Source of the DNA: an uncultured Algibacter sp.
GTDB lineage: Bacteria > Bacteroidota > Bacteroidia > Flavobacteriales > Flavobacteriaceae
Assembly: GCF_947495675.1 (NCBI RefSeq)
Contig: NZ_CANLZX010000007.1
Coordinates: 23,224 to 87,223, forward strand
Direction of reading: 5' to 3'
DNA length: 64,000 bases
Part shown: positions 1-9,730 of the stretch, piece by piece
How the letters are laid out: every line of letters starts with the position of its first letter
How positions within the stretch are numbered: position 1 is the first letter of the stretch
Translations under genes and position numbers: made by a program
The notes under the pieces: generated by a model
The model's input: the letters and a program-made list of their open reading frames with translations, nothing else
What the model was told of the DNA's origin: nothing
Databases searched by the model: none

Positions 1-1937
1 CCTGGTTTATCTTTACCTAAAGATTTTCCGTTTAAAAACAGTTCTACTTCCTCTGCATTAGAATATACCCAAACCGGAATTACCGTTCCTTTTTCCATTC
101 TTGGATGGGTCCAATGAGGAAGCATATGAATCATGGTTTCATTAGTCCATTGACTTTGATAGAAGTAGAATAAATCCTTTTTAAATCCTGCTACATCTAA
201 GGCTCCTCCCATAAATAAATTAAATGGTAAACCTCCATGAGCTAAACCTGCCTCTCCGTAATAATCGAAACCTGTCCAACGGAAATGACCACTATGCCAA
301 GGATTATCACGCATAACTTCCCAATATTTTCTAGCTGATACTCTTACAGTAGCATTATCATAAGACGAATTGAAACTTTGTTTTCTGTTTCGCCAGTTTT
401 TTGGATTAATCCCTTCGTAGAAAAATACTTCTTTATCAGTTAAATTTGGCAACTCGTAAGTTCCTGGTAATTCATTATCTCTCCACCAAGTTTGTGTTCT
501 GTAATAGCCTCGTGTTTGCCATGTATGTGGTGCTTCGGTAGAAATAAATGGTTTATCAAAGGTTTTACTTTCAATAAATGCTTTTGTTTCTGAACCTCCG
601 TTTACACCTTCAATATCCATATCTTCTGGGTTTCCTGCACCAGATGTAAATAATCGAGTTGGGTCTAAATTTTTTCCGAATTTCACTAAGTCTGGTGCAA
701 TATCGTCATGAGTTTCGTTTCCTAAACTCCAAACAAAAATACTAGGATGATTACGGTCTCTAGTAATCCACTCTTTTACATCGCGTTGCCACCACTCATC
801 AAAAGCTTGTTTCCCATAATCTTGTGGTGCTTTTTTGTGCCAACCATCAAATATTTCATCCATAACTAACAACCCTATTTGATCACATATATCATAAAAC
901 ATTGGTGGTGTTGGGTTGTGCGATGGGCGAATGGCATTAATGCCCATATCTTTTAAAGATTGTAATTTCCAACGTAATAAAGGTTTTGTCCAAGCGCCTC
1001 CTACAGGACCACCTTCCCAATGCTCGCAAACACCTTTTAGCTTTACATTTTCACCATTTAACCAAAAGCCAGTTTCGGTTTTCCAGTCTACGGTTTTAAA
1101 TCCAAAAATAGTTTCTAACTCATCAATAACTCTTTTACCATCTAAAATTTGGGTAACGGCTTTGTATAAGGTTGGACTTTCTGGACTCCACAATCTTGGG
1201 TTTTCTATTTCAAATTGATATGTTGGGTTTGCAACTTTTAATTTTTTACATGTATTAACCAATTCTTTTCCCTCTGGAGAAAACAATTTCACTTCATATT
1301 TTAGATTCTTTAAATCGCCATTAATTTCTGCATCAATAGAAACAGTCGCTTTACCTTCTTTAATTGAGGGCGTTTTTATAAAAATACTATTGGGTATAAA
1401 ATGCGTCGGGTTTACAACAATTAATTTTACTGGTGCGTAAATTCCACAAGGATGATACCAACGTGCTGATGGTTCTAAACTATTATCGACCCTAATCGCA
1501 ATGGTGTTTTTACCTTGTTTTAAATATTTAGAAATATCGTAACGAAAACTGATATAACCATAAGGTCTTTTACCTAAATGGTTGCCATTTATCCAAACTT
1601 CACTATTCATATAAACCCCATCAAAATTGATGTAGGTTACCTTTGATAGGTTTTGTTTTTTTACCTCAAAAGTTTTTCTATACCAGCCAATACCTCCATC
1701 ATGATAACCGCCACCTTGACCTTGATCGCCTCCTTTACGAACGCCTTTTTCAAAAGACCAATCGTGCGGCACGTTTAATGTTTGCCAGTTGAAATCATTA
1801 ACATTTTCTTTTGAAAATGATTGATTATCATCTAAAATAAACTGCCAATTATTATTGAAATTTATTTCCGCACGTTGCGAAAAAAGTTCCAACGACAAAA
1901 ACATTAGAGAAAGTATTATTATGAAATGCTTTTTCAT
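1..1937 (-). CDS. Glycoside hydrolase family 2 (beta-galactosidase/beta-glucuronidase-like). The N-terminal ~645 codons are present; the 3' end runs off the left window edge.
   Basis: Absent from the ORF track because it is open at the edge. Reverse complement from the ATG at 1937..1935 reads MKKHFIIILSLMFLSLELFSQ (signal peptide) ...NNNWQFILDD...WQTLNVPHDWSFE...GGIGWYRKTFE. In the same frame, around 714..755, it encodes RNHPSIFVWSLGNE, the GH2 acid/base region. Confidence 0.85.
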   Translation of the reverse strand, partial: MKKHFIIILSLMFLSLELFSQRAEINFNNNWQFILDDNQSFSKENVNDFNWQTLNVPHDWSFEKGVRKGGDQGQGGGYHDGGIGWYRKTFEVKKQNLSKVTYINFDGVYMNSEVWINGNHLGKRPYGYISFRYDISKYLKQGKNTIAIRVDNSLEPSARWYHPCGIYAPVKLIVVNPTHFIPNSIFIKTPSIKEGKATVSIDAEINGDLKNLKYEVKLFSPEGKELVNTCKKLKVANPTYQFEIENPRLWSPESPTLYKAVTQILDGKRVIDELETIFGFKTVDWKTETGFWLNGENVKLKGVCEHWEGGPVGGAWTKPLLRWKLQSLKDMGINAIRPSHNPTPPMFYDICDQIGLLVMDEIFDGWHKKAPQDYGKQAFDEWWQRDVKEWITRDRNHPSIFVWSLGNETHDDIAPDLVKFGKNLDPTRLFTSGAGNPEDMDIEGVNGGSETKAFIESKTFDKPFISTEAPHTWQTRGYYRTQTWWRDNELPGTYELPNLTDKEVFFYEGINPKNWRNRKQSFNSSYDNATVRVSARKYWEVMRDNPWHSGHFRWTGFDYYGEAGLAHGGLPFNLFMGGALDVAGFKKDLFYFYQSQWTNETMIHMLPHWTHPRMEKGTVIPVWVYSNAEEVELFLNGKSLGKDKP

Positions 1938-1988
1938 GGTATTGCGATAGTGTTTTTTATTTAAACTGATTTTATATAGATTTATATT

Positions 1989-3431
1989 TTACCTAGGAAT
2001 ATCATTTTGCAAGAATGGCTTATCCCTTGGAAATTGTTTTTCTAAAAGCATTTTCATTCTTTTTTCAACTTTCTTATATTTTATATTTCCAGATAAATTA
2101 ACATAAGATAAAAGGCTGTTTTTATGCTCGTATAATTCGGCTTGCAAAACCTCATTAGTTTGAGAATTTCTCCATTCTGTATAACGCCACTCGCCATCTG
2201 TTGCCGTACAACCCATTATTTTTTTTCCTCTAGCAAACACACTTGTTGCCACTTTATCCCATCTTTTTTTTGGATTATCAATTACAGAAAGTAAACTTCT
2301 TCCTTCCGATTTTGGATCTTGTAATCCACATAATTCAACTAAAGTTGGAAATATATCTACATTTTCTACTAAGGCATCAGATGATTTGCCAATAACTCTA
2401 TGTTTATAGCCTGTTTCTCTACTAATAATTAACGGAACTCTTACATCAATTTCTAGATTAGAATGTTTACACCAAGCTCCATATTCACCTATTTTATATC
2501 CATGATCGCTCATAAAAATAACCATAGTGTTTTTACGTAAATCTAATTTTTCTAGAGTATTCATGATTTTACCAATTTGAGCATCGATAAAACTAACAGA
2601 TGCGTGATAACCATGAATTAAAGTTTGGGTTAAATCATCATCTAAATCGCCTTCTTTGGGTATTCCATAATATCCCCTTAGTTCTCCCCAATTAGTTAAT
2701 GCTAATCTGTAAGCATCTTCAGGTTTTTTTCTTGAAGGAATTTTGAAATTATCTTTATTATGTAAATCCCAATATTTTTTTGGAGCATTAAATGGTAAAT
2801 GGGGTTTACTTAAACCTACAAACATCAAGAACTTATCATCTTTAATTTTGTGCAATGTTTCTATGGCATATTTTGAAACACGACCATCTTTATAAGCCTC
2901 ATCTTCTACATCTGCATCTTCGTAAGCAGGGCCTTTAACAGATTTTTTACCTTGCTTTTTTAATTTCTCTATTAAAGCTAAGTTGTCTGGCTTTAAATAG
3001 CTATTTGGCTCTTTCTCATAAAAATTCGTCCAACTTTCTTTATCATCATGACCATGATGATATACTTTACCAATACTTACCGTTTTATACCCATTAGCCT
3101 TGAATAATTGTGGCATGGAAATTACATTTTTATGAATTTTCCGAAATGGTGTAAAAATACTATATATACCCAGAGACTCTGGACGTAATCCTGTTAACGT
3201 ACTCATTCTAGAAGGACCACAAATAGCTTGTTGTGTATAAGCTTTATTAAACATTACTCCTTCTGAAGCTAGCTTATCTATGTTTGGTGTTATTGCTGTT
3301 TCGCTTCCGTAGCATCCTAATTCTGCTCTTAAATCATCAACGTAGAAAACCAATATATTTGGTCGTTCTGCTTGAGCTGAAGTTGATAAAAAATAAAATA
3401 CTGTTAAAAATAAAAATATATAATTTTTCAT
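1989..3431 (-). CDS. S1 sulfatase, iduronate-2-sulfatase-like, secreted
   Basis: 480 aa with a signal peptide. [12 protein letters not shown]...[36 protein letters not shown] closely parallels the human IDS active-site region. The C-x-P-x-R formylglycine motif is present. Confidence 0.9.
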   Translation of the reverse strand: MKNYIFLFLTVFYFLSTSAQAERPNILVFYVDDLRAELGCYGSETAITPNIDKLASEGVMFNKAYTQQAICGPSRMSTLTGLRPESLGIYSIFTPFRKIHKNVISMPQLFKANGYKTVSIGKVYHHGHDDKESWTNFYEKEPNSYLKPDNLALIEKLKKQGKKSVKGPAYEDADVEDEAYKDGRVSKYAIETLHKIKDDKFLMFVGLSKPHLPFNAPKKYWDLHNKDNFKIPSRKKPEDAYRLALTNWGELRGYYGIPKEGDLDDDLTQTLIHGYHASVSFIDAQIGKIMNTLEKLDLRKNTMVIFMSDHGYKIGEYGAWCKHSNLEIDVRVPLIISRETGYKHRVIGKSSDALVENVDIFPTLVELCGLQDPKSEGRSLLSVIDNPKKRWDKVATSVFARGKKIMGCTATDGEWRYTEWRNSQTNEVLQAELYEHKNSLLSYVNLSGNIKYKKVEKRMKMLLEKQFPRDKPFLQNDIPR

Positions 3432-3471
3432 TGTAAAAAATGATCTATTGGTTTTAGTAATACTATTAAAA

Positions 3472-5160
3472 TTATTTTTTAGCTATTTGCTTAGCTTTGG
3501 TATAGCTACCTGTCCTATTTAACTCATCATAAATTCGCATTTTCCAATAATAGGTTTTGCCTTGTTCTAATTTAAGATTACTAGGTTTTTCAGCTTCATT
3601 TGAAGTGCTTTGTATATTAGCACTATTCCAAACATCTCCTATATTGTTATTAATGTTTTCTTGAGAAGAGGCTACTAAAATTTGATATGCTGTTTGTTTT
3701 TGTATGGTGTTTGACAAATCCCAACTGAATGCTTTACCATCAAATCTATTTTCTACAATAGTTAAGGCATAAGGGTCTTTATACTTTTCTATTAAATTTT
3801 CACACTTTGCTCTTAAGTTATTTAACACGTCTTTGTATTGCTTATCATTAACAAGGTTGTTTGTTTCTCTTGGATCGTCTTTTAAATTGTATAATTCTTC
3901 AATAGATTTATTATCAACATATCTAAAATACTTCCAGTCTTTAGTTCTAACCCCTTCACTTGGTGCTATATTTTTAAAGTCCCATAAATGTTCTATTAAA
4001 ACCGTATCTCTTTCTAAATTCACTTGTTTTTCATCAATAAAAGGTTTTAAACTTTTTCCGTGCCAACTTGCAGGTGCTTCTACGTTAGCAAAATCTAAAA
4101 TTGTAGATGGTATATCTATATTTAATGCCATGGCATCAACATCTTTATGTTGTTTATTCCTTGGGTCGTAAATAATTAAAGGTACTTTTAATGAGTTATC
4201 GTACATTAACCATTTTCCAGAAATTTGTCTTTCGCCTAAGAAAAACCCATTATCTCCCATTAAAACAATAACTGTATTATCTGCTATGCCTTTAGCTTCT
4301 AATTTTGTTCTTATTTTGGCTATTTCGTTATCAATTCCAGCTAGCATTCTAAAATAGCCTTTAACACTATGTTGATATTTCTCTGGTGTATCATAACGCC
4401 AATACCAACGTAAACGATTAAAACCATCCTTTACCAATTGTGGTAGCTTATTATAATCTTCATCAGAAGAAATATTAGCATCTGGCACGGTTACATTTTC
4501 TAAAACATGATTGTTTTCTTCTTGCCAAAAGTATTGCTCTACAGTATTATCGCTTGCATGAGGTGCGCTAAAACTCAGTTGTAAACAAAACGGCTTATCT
4601 GTTGGTGCTTTGTCTAAAAACTGTAGTGCTTTTTCTCCTGTATAACGTGTTAAGTGCACCGTATCTTTACCTAAAGTTTTGTAGTAATAACTGGTAATAT
4701 CTTTACGGTCGTATCTTAAATCGTAATTTTCATGAACATCATAAAGTGAGTCTAGTTTTTTATATTTTACACCAAACTTCCCATATAAACCAGTATAATA
4801 TCCAGCTTTTTTAAGCAGTCGTGGATATGCGTTTTCCATATATTCGTCTTTCATAACTCCTGTTGTAAAACTGTAGTTATGTGTTCGCTCTTGTAAGCCA
4901 CTAAATATACTAGCTCTACTTGCTGCACAAATTGGTGTTGTCGCAATGGTATTTTCAAAAAACACACCATTTTTTGCTAGTTTATCCATTTCTGGAGTGT
5001 GTGCTAAATCATTTCCAGCATAGCCTAAAGCATCCCATCTTTGATCGTCTGTTAGGATAAAAATAATATTAGGTTTTTCTTCTTTAATTTCAGAAGACTT
5101 GTTATTATTACAAGCTAGAAATGACAATCCTATTATTGATAATGTTAGTAATTTATTCAT
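3472..5160 (-). CDS. S1 sulfatase fused to a C-terminal GH78-N-terminal-like Ig/FN3 module
   Basis: 562 aa. [14 protein letters not shown]...[13 protein letters not shown] gives a C-x-A-x-R motif. The last ~90 aa ([22 protein letters not shown]...DVWNS...[12 protein letters not shown]) align with the N-termini of the four GH78 proteins in this window. Confidence 0.85.
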   Translation of the reverse strand: MNKLLTLSIIGLSFLACNNNKSSEIKEEKPNIIFILTDDQRWDALGYAGNDLAHTPEMDKLAKNGVFFENTIATTPICAASRASIFSGLQERTHNYSFTTGVMKDEYMENAYPRLLKKAGYYTGLYGKFGVKYKKLDSLYDVHENYDLRYDRKDITSYYYKTLGKDTVHLTRYTGEKALQFLDKAPTDKPFCLQLSFSAPHASDNTVEQYFWQEENNHVLENVTVPDANISSDEDYNKLPQLVKDGFNRLRWYWRYDTPEKYQHSVKGYFRMLAGIDNEIAKIRTKLEAKGIADNTVIVLMGDNGFFLGERQISGKWLMYDNSLKVPLIIYDPRNKQHKDVDAMALNIDIPSTILDFANVEAPASWHGKSLKPFIDEKQVNLERDTVLIEHLWDFKNIAPSEGVRTKDWKYFRYVDNKSIEELYNLKDDPRETNNLVNDKQYKDVLNNLRAKCENLIEKYKDPYALTIVENRFDGKAFSWDLSNTIQKQTAYQILVASSQENINNNIGDVWNSANIQSTSNEAEKPSNLKLEQGKTYYWKMRIYDELNRTGSYTKAKQIAKK

Positions 5161-5195
5161 TTTAATAATATTGATTAAATAAATATATAGAAGTT

Positions 5196-6695
5196 TTACT
5201 TTACTGGTTTTGGTGATTGTACAACTCCCTTGCCTACTTCAAATTCCCAATGTGGAACAGCTGGCTTTTTCTTATCAAATGTGTAGTTGTATTTTTTGAG
5301 ATAATAATCTCTTGATTTAAATTCATCTCCAATTTGAGCTAATTTCCCATTCAATTTATTATCTAATTCTAATTGAATTGTTTTAAACTCAGGTTTACCT
5401 AACAAATTATTCATTTGGTAAGGATCTGTGACATTATCAAAAAACATACTTGGGCCATTAGGTGTTCTTGCATAGGTGTATTGTTTGGTTCTAATGGCTC
5501 GATATGGTAAACTACTGTAATTGCCTGCAAAAGGAGCAACACTCATTACTAATGCTACTCTATCTGCACTCGAATCAGGATTCTTTATTAGTGCTGTTAA
5601 ATTTTCTCCTTCAATATCTTGTGGAATTTTTATGTTAGACAACCCTAACAACGAAGGTAAAATATCAGGCGTGTTTATAGGTGCATTTATAATTGCACCT
5701 TTTTGCTTATCTATTCCTGGATAGCTTATTAAAAATGGGACTTTTATAGATTCATCCCATGCGCGCTGTTTCTGAAAAGGTCTAACATCATGTGCCCCCA
5801 TCATTTCGCCATGGTCGGCAGAAAAAACTACTATAGTATTATTTAATATATCAAGTTCTTTTAATTTATCTAAAACGGTTCCAATGGCTTCATCGGTTGC
5901 GGTTGCATGTGCATAGTAACCTTGCAATTCTTCACGACTTCTATCTTTAAACTTTTCAGCAACATTTGGGTTTAAGGTTAAAGATTCTGGCGGGTACAAA
6001 TCCTTATACTTTTTAGGCGCATTATCGTGCGGAAAATGTGGTGTTGCAATTGAAATGAATGCTAAAAAAGGTTTGTCATCTTTTGCATGCTCTGTTATAT
6101 ATTGATTGGCATCTTTAACAATTGCAAATGGCGAATACTCTTTCCAGTATTTTATCTCAGGATTATCATTATCATAATACGGCATTTTGGTGTAATTATG
6201 TGAGCACTCTAGAGCCTTCCAATAGTCAAAACCTTGGCGTCTTTCTTTTGGAGTGTAATTTAACCGTCCATGACCATCTAAATGCCATTTGCCCCAATAG
6301 GCAGTGTTATAACCTGCTTCTTTGTAAATTTCTGCCATTGTTAATTCTTCAGATGGCAAATACAAGTCATTAACAAACATACCTGTTGTTGTTGGAAACT
6401 TACCTGTTAATAATGCTGCTCTATGCGGTGTACAAACTGGCATTACAGATACGGCATTTGTAAAATTAACCGACGCTTTTGCAAACGCATCTAAATTGGG
6501 TGTTTTTACATCAGTATTCCCTGCGTATCCTAAAGCAGCCCCTCTCCATTGATCGGTTAGAATGTATACAATGTTTGGTTTTCTAGATACCTCTTTTGAA
6601 TTTTCTGATAATGACTCAGATTTTGTTTCTTTTTTACAACTTGATAAAGTAACTACTGTTAAAAATAGAGCTATCGAAAATAATTTGATTTTCAT
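5196..6695 (-). CDS. S1 sulfatase (lipoprotein), paralog of 56501..58000
   Basis: 499 aa with lipobox LSSC. PNIVYILTDQWRG...MPVCTPHRAALLTG gives a C-x-P-x-R motif. DHGEMMG lies in the metal/active-site region. Confidence 0.9.
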   Translation of the reverse strand: MKIKLFSIALFLTVVTLSSCKKETKSESLSENSKEVSRKPNIVYILTDQWRGAALGYAGNTDVKTPNLDAFAKASVNFTNAVSVMPVCTPHRAALLTGKFPTTTGMFVNDLYLPSEELTMAEIYKEAGYNTAYWGKWHLDGHGRLNYTPKERRQGFDYWKALECSHNYTKMPYYDNDNPEIKYWKEYSPFAIVKDANQYITEHAKDDKPFLAFISIATPHFPHDNAPKKYKDLYPPESLTLNPNVAEKFKDRSREELQGYYAHATATDEAIGTVLDKLKELDILNNTIVVFSADHGEMMGAHDVRPFQKQRAWDESIKVPFLISYPGIDKQKGAIINAPINTPDILPSLLGLSNIKIPQDIEGENLTALIKNPDSSADRVALVMSVAPFAGNYSSLPYRAIRTKQYTYARTPNGPSMFFDNVTDPYQMNNLLGKPEFKTIQLELDNKLNGKLAQIGDEFKSRDYYLKKYNYTFDKKKPAVPHWEFEVGKGVVQSPKPVK

Positions 6696-6713
6696 TTTTT
6701 GGATTAATTGATT

Positions 6714-7685
6714 TTATTTAATTTTTTGAACCCCTTCTTTTGTGGCGTAAATTTCTTGTATTGTTCCGTCTGCGTTATAATATAAATATTCGATACAGGT
6801 ATTTCTTCTAAATTTTGTACCTCCATTCCAACCTTGCCAATGGTAGAAGAAATAGTTTTGTCCTTTATATTCTACTATAGAATGATGATCTTGTCTTTGT
6901 TTTGGGTTAATCGCTCCTTTATACTGAAATGGTCCGTAAGGACTATCTCCCATAGCATAAAAACCTCCTAAACCTGCATTATAAGAATAGTAATACTTTC
7001 CTTTATATTTATGCATATAACTGGCTTCAAAGAAATTTTTAGCTCCATACTCTATAGCTCTAGGGGTTTCAGCTAATTCTAAAAGGTTGTCTTTTAATAA
7101 CGCCATTTTTGGTTCTCTAACACCCCAATACAAATACGTTTTCCCATCTTCATCAGTAAAAATACAAGGATCCAACCATTGTCCTTCAACACCTTCAATC
7201 CAACCTATATCTTTAAATGGTCCTTCAGGCACATCACTAACAGCAACACCACATCTCATATCATCTTTAGAACCTTTTACAGAATGCGGATACAATAAAT
7301 AATACTTATTATTTTTATAAATGGCTGTAGGTGCCCACATCCATCCTTTTGCACCCCACGGGATATTCTTAGAATGTAATACTTCTCCGTGGTCTTTCCA
7401 ATTTACCATATCTGTTGATGAAAAGGCATGGTACCCATCCATGGAATCATAGAATGTAGCATCTTCCATATCCTGAGAGGTGTACATCCATACTTTTCCA
7501 TCTTTCCATACATGTGCTGAAGGATCTGCAGTACGAATATGACGAATTACTGGATTGTTATTTACTTTTTCAATTGAAACTTCTTGCTGTTCTGTTTCTG
7601 TTACTTTTGTGTCGTTAGATTTACAGCTAATTACTATAGAAAGAACTAACAATAAAGTCTTTATTTTTCTGGCACTTACTCTCAT
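6714..7685 (-). CDS. GH43 family glycoside hydrolase (five-bladed propeller; xylosidase/arabinofuranosidase-like)
   Basis: 323 aa. RTADPSAHVWKDGKVWMY carries the general-base Asp context, LDPCIF the second Asp, and FFEASYMHKYKGKYYY the acid Glu context. Confidence 0.8.
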   Translation of the reverse strand: MRVSARKIKTLLLVLSIVISCKSNDTKVTETEQQEVSIEKVNNNPVIRHIRTADPSAHVWKDGKVWMYTSQDMEDATFYDSMDGYHAFSSTDMVNWKDHGEVLHSKNIPWGAKGWMWAPTAIYKNNKYYLLYPHSVKGSKDDMRCGVAVSDVPEGPFKDIGWIEGVEGQWLDPCIFTDEDGKTYLYWGVREPKMALLKDNLLELAETPRAIEYGAKNFFEASYMHKYKGKYYYSYNAGLGGFYAMGDSPYGPFQYKGAINPKQRQDHHSIVEYKGQNYFFYHWQGWNGGTKFRRNTCIEYLYYNADGTIQEIYATKEGVQKIK

Positions 7686-7714
7686 TTATCCTTTTTACAC
7701 TTTAAAATAAAATT

Positions 7715-9724
7715 CTAATTATTACCGCTTATGTAATCCAATAATATCGCTTTTACATCTTTTACTGTGCCTTGTTTTAGTCCATTTTTTGTATTCGCAC
7801 CAGTTATCCAATATAATATCATACCAGCATCTGAGCAATCCCACTTTCCTTTTTGAAATTTAACCACATCATCAACCTCAGCCATTTTACCATATAACCA
7901 TACTTGTTGTAACCTTGGGTCTTTATGGTCTCTAGCCCAATCCCACTCTGCAATATTAACTTTAAGTTTTATGTTCTGGTCTGGAATCCTAACTTCTTCA
8001 ACTCCAAAATCTAAAATTTGCTGCCATGTGTAAAAATCTCCCGCATCATCGTTAGCAGGGTGGTGTGTTATTACTTTTACATATTTATGTTTGTCTTTAG
8101 AACTCGCATCAAGTGCAAAACCAATTATATCCGGTTCGCCTGCTTCTATAATCCAAAGTGGGTCTTCAGCTGTTGATGCGTTAATGGCTTTAGCTAAATC
8201 TTTAGTAGTTTCATCTATATTCCATTTTGCATCTAAAAATTTAATCCCATCAAAACCACCCCATCGTCTTGCTGTAACATCGCAAACACTTTGCATAAGG
8301 GCATGACGTTCCATTTCTGCTTTTTCAGAAATTCTGTTAACACGAACAATATCACAACTATGAGAGTAGTGTACCAATGTGTTTTCTAAACCTGAGGCTC
8401 TTAATAAGGCTAAGGTAATGGCTGTACCACCTAAATCATCAGGGTCGGGGGAGTTACCATCAGCAACAACAGCAATACGACCTTTAGGCGCGTTTATCTC
8501 TGGCTTTGTATTTGGTAACACTTTTAGCGCTCCATTATAAGGTGTTTTTATAACATCTTTTCCTTTGCCAACTGGGGCAAAAATAATACCCGACCAGCGT
8601 GCTCTTGCCCATTCTTTTCCGTCTGCACTTCCAATTTTGGCAATGACCGTGATTTTATCGCCTTTTTTAAACTTTATATTTTCCCAGAGGGCGTTGTTAC
8701 TTTCTCCTTCTTCAAATAGATCTTTGGTTAATGGCGGTTTAAACGTTCCTAATTTTTTATCGTTGATTCTTATAGTAAATTCTGATTGTCCATCATTTTC
8801 TCCAACAGCAACAAATACCAAATCATAGTTTCCATTTTTAAACGTGAAAGGTGTTGTTGTTTGCGCTTCTTTTTGCTTGTTTGGATTAATCCCTAGCCAT
8901 TTACCTCCAGCGTGTTTATAAAACCCTGTGCCTTTAATTGGAAAATCATCAATAGGTAGGGTTTTATTTTCAATATTAGAAGCTGCTATTTGTTTGTAAT
9001 ACGATTGTAAAGGCCAAAGCGTGGTTACTTTTAAACCTTCGCCTTTTGGTGTGTAAGTACTGTCTTTGGTTAAAATGAATTTATCAAACTCAAAACCATC
9101 CTCACGCATACTAAATTGAATATCGTGAGTACCAGCTTTATCTATATCTAAATAAATTTCTTTTGGCAAACCGCAATGCACTTCTTTTGTTCTTTGCTTA
9201 CTCTCCCAAGTCCATTTATTTTTTCCTTCGCACCACTGCATGCGCTGCCCGTGCTCTGGCCACTCTCCATTTAATCCAACATGTAAACCATTATCCTCAC
9301 TCCCTGTGCTAAATGCACGCACCCAAACGTAATAGCGTCCTGGATTACTAAAACTAACTTTATAATGCAAGATACCCATTTCACCTGCCTTATTGGAAAA
9401 GTTTTCGCCTTGGACTAGCTTATCGGAATGTGTTATTCTTGTATCAGGTAATATTTCGACGTAAGTATTATTACTTGCATTGATGTGATGTGGAGCGTCT
9501 TCATCACTACCTACATTCGATACAGCATTCTTTGAAGTGATATACCATTGTCGTAGTTCTGAATTGCTCTGTTTATTGAAGTATTCAGCTTCAACAGCAA
9601 CCATACCGTTATTTTCTTGAAATATAACTTTGTTATCAACAATAGGCGTGTTGAATTTTGTGGACTGAGCGTTCAAAACTAAACTTGATACGATTAGCAA
9701 AAACGATACTAATTTTATTTTCAT
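7715..9724 (-). CDS. Secreted three-domain protein of unknown function: two CBM-like beta-sandwiches plus a C-terminal nucleoside-hydrolase-like (DUF1593-type) domain
   Basis: 669 aa with a signal peptide. The N-terminal module NGMVAVEAEYF...YYVWVRAF...DGFEFDKFIL resembles the module in 39763..40710. The C-terminal part reads GRIAVVADGNSPDPDDLGGTAITLALL, an Asp-cluster motif at a Rossmann-like strand end. Confidence 0.55.
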   Translation of the reverse strand: MKIKLVSFLLIVSSLVLNAQSTKFNTPIVDNKVIFQENNGMVAVEAEYFNKQSNSELRQWYITSKNAVSNVGSDEDAPHHINASNNTYVEILPDTRITHSDKLVQGENFSNKAGEMGILHYKVSFSNPGRYYVWVRAFSTGSEDNGLHVGLNGEWPEHGQRMQWCEGKNKWTWESKQRTKEVHCGLPKEIYLDIDKAGTHDIQFSMREDGFEFDKFILTKDSTYTPKGEGLKVTTLWPLQSYYKQIAASNIENKTLPIDDFPIKGTGFYKHAGGKWLGINPNKQKEAQTTTPFTFKNGNYDLVFVAVGENDGQSEFTIRINDKKLGTFKPPLTKDLFEEGESNNALWENIKFKKGDKITVIAKIGSADGKEWARARWSGIIFAPVGKGKDVIKTPYNGALKVLPNTKPEINAPKGRIAVVADGNSPDPDDLGGTAITLALLRASGLENTLVHYSHSCDIVRVNRISEKAEMERHALMQSVCDVTARRWGGFDGIKFLDAKWNIDETTKDLAKAINASTAEDPLWIIEAGEPDIIGFALDASSKDKHKYVKVITHHPANDDAGDFYTWQQILDFGVEEVRIPDQNIKLKVNIAEWDWARDHKDPRLQQVWLYGKMAEVDDVVKFQKGKWDCSDAGMILYWITGANTKNGLKQGTVKDVKAILLDYISGNN

Positions 9725-9730
9725 TTTTAA

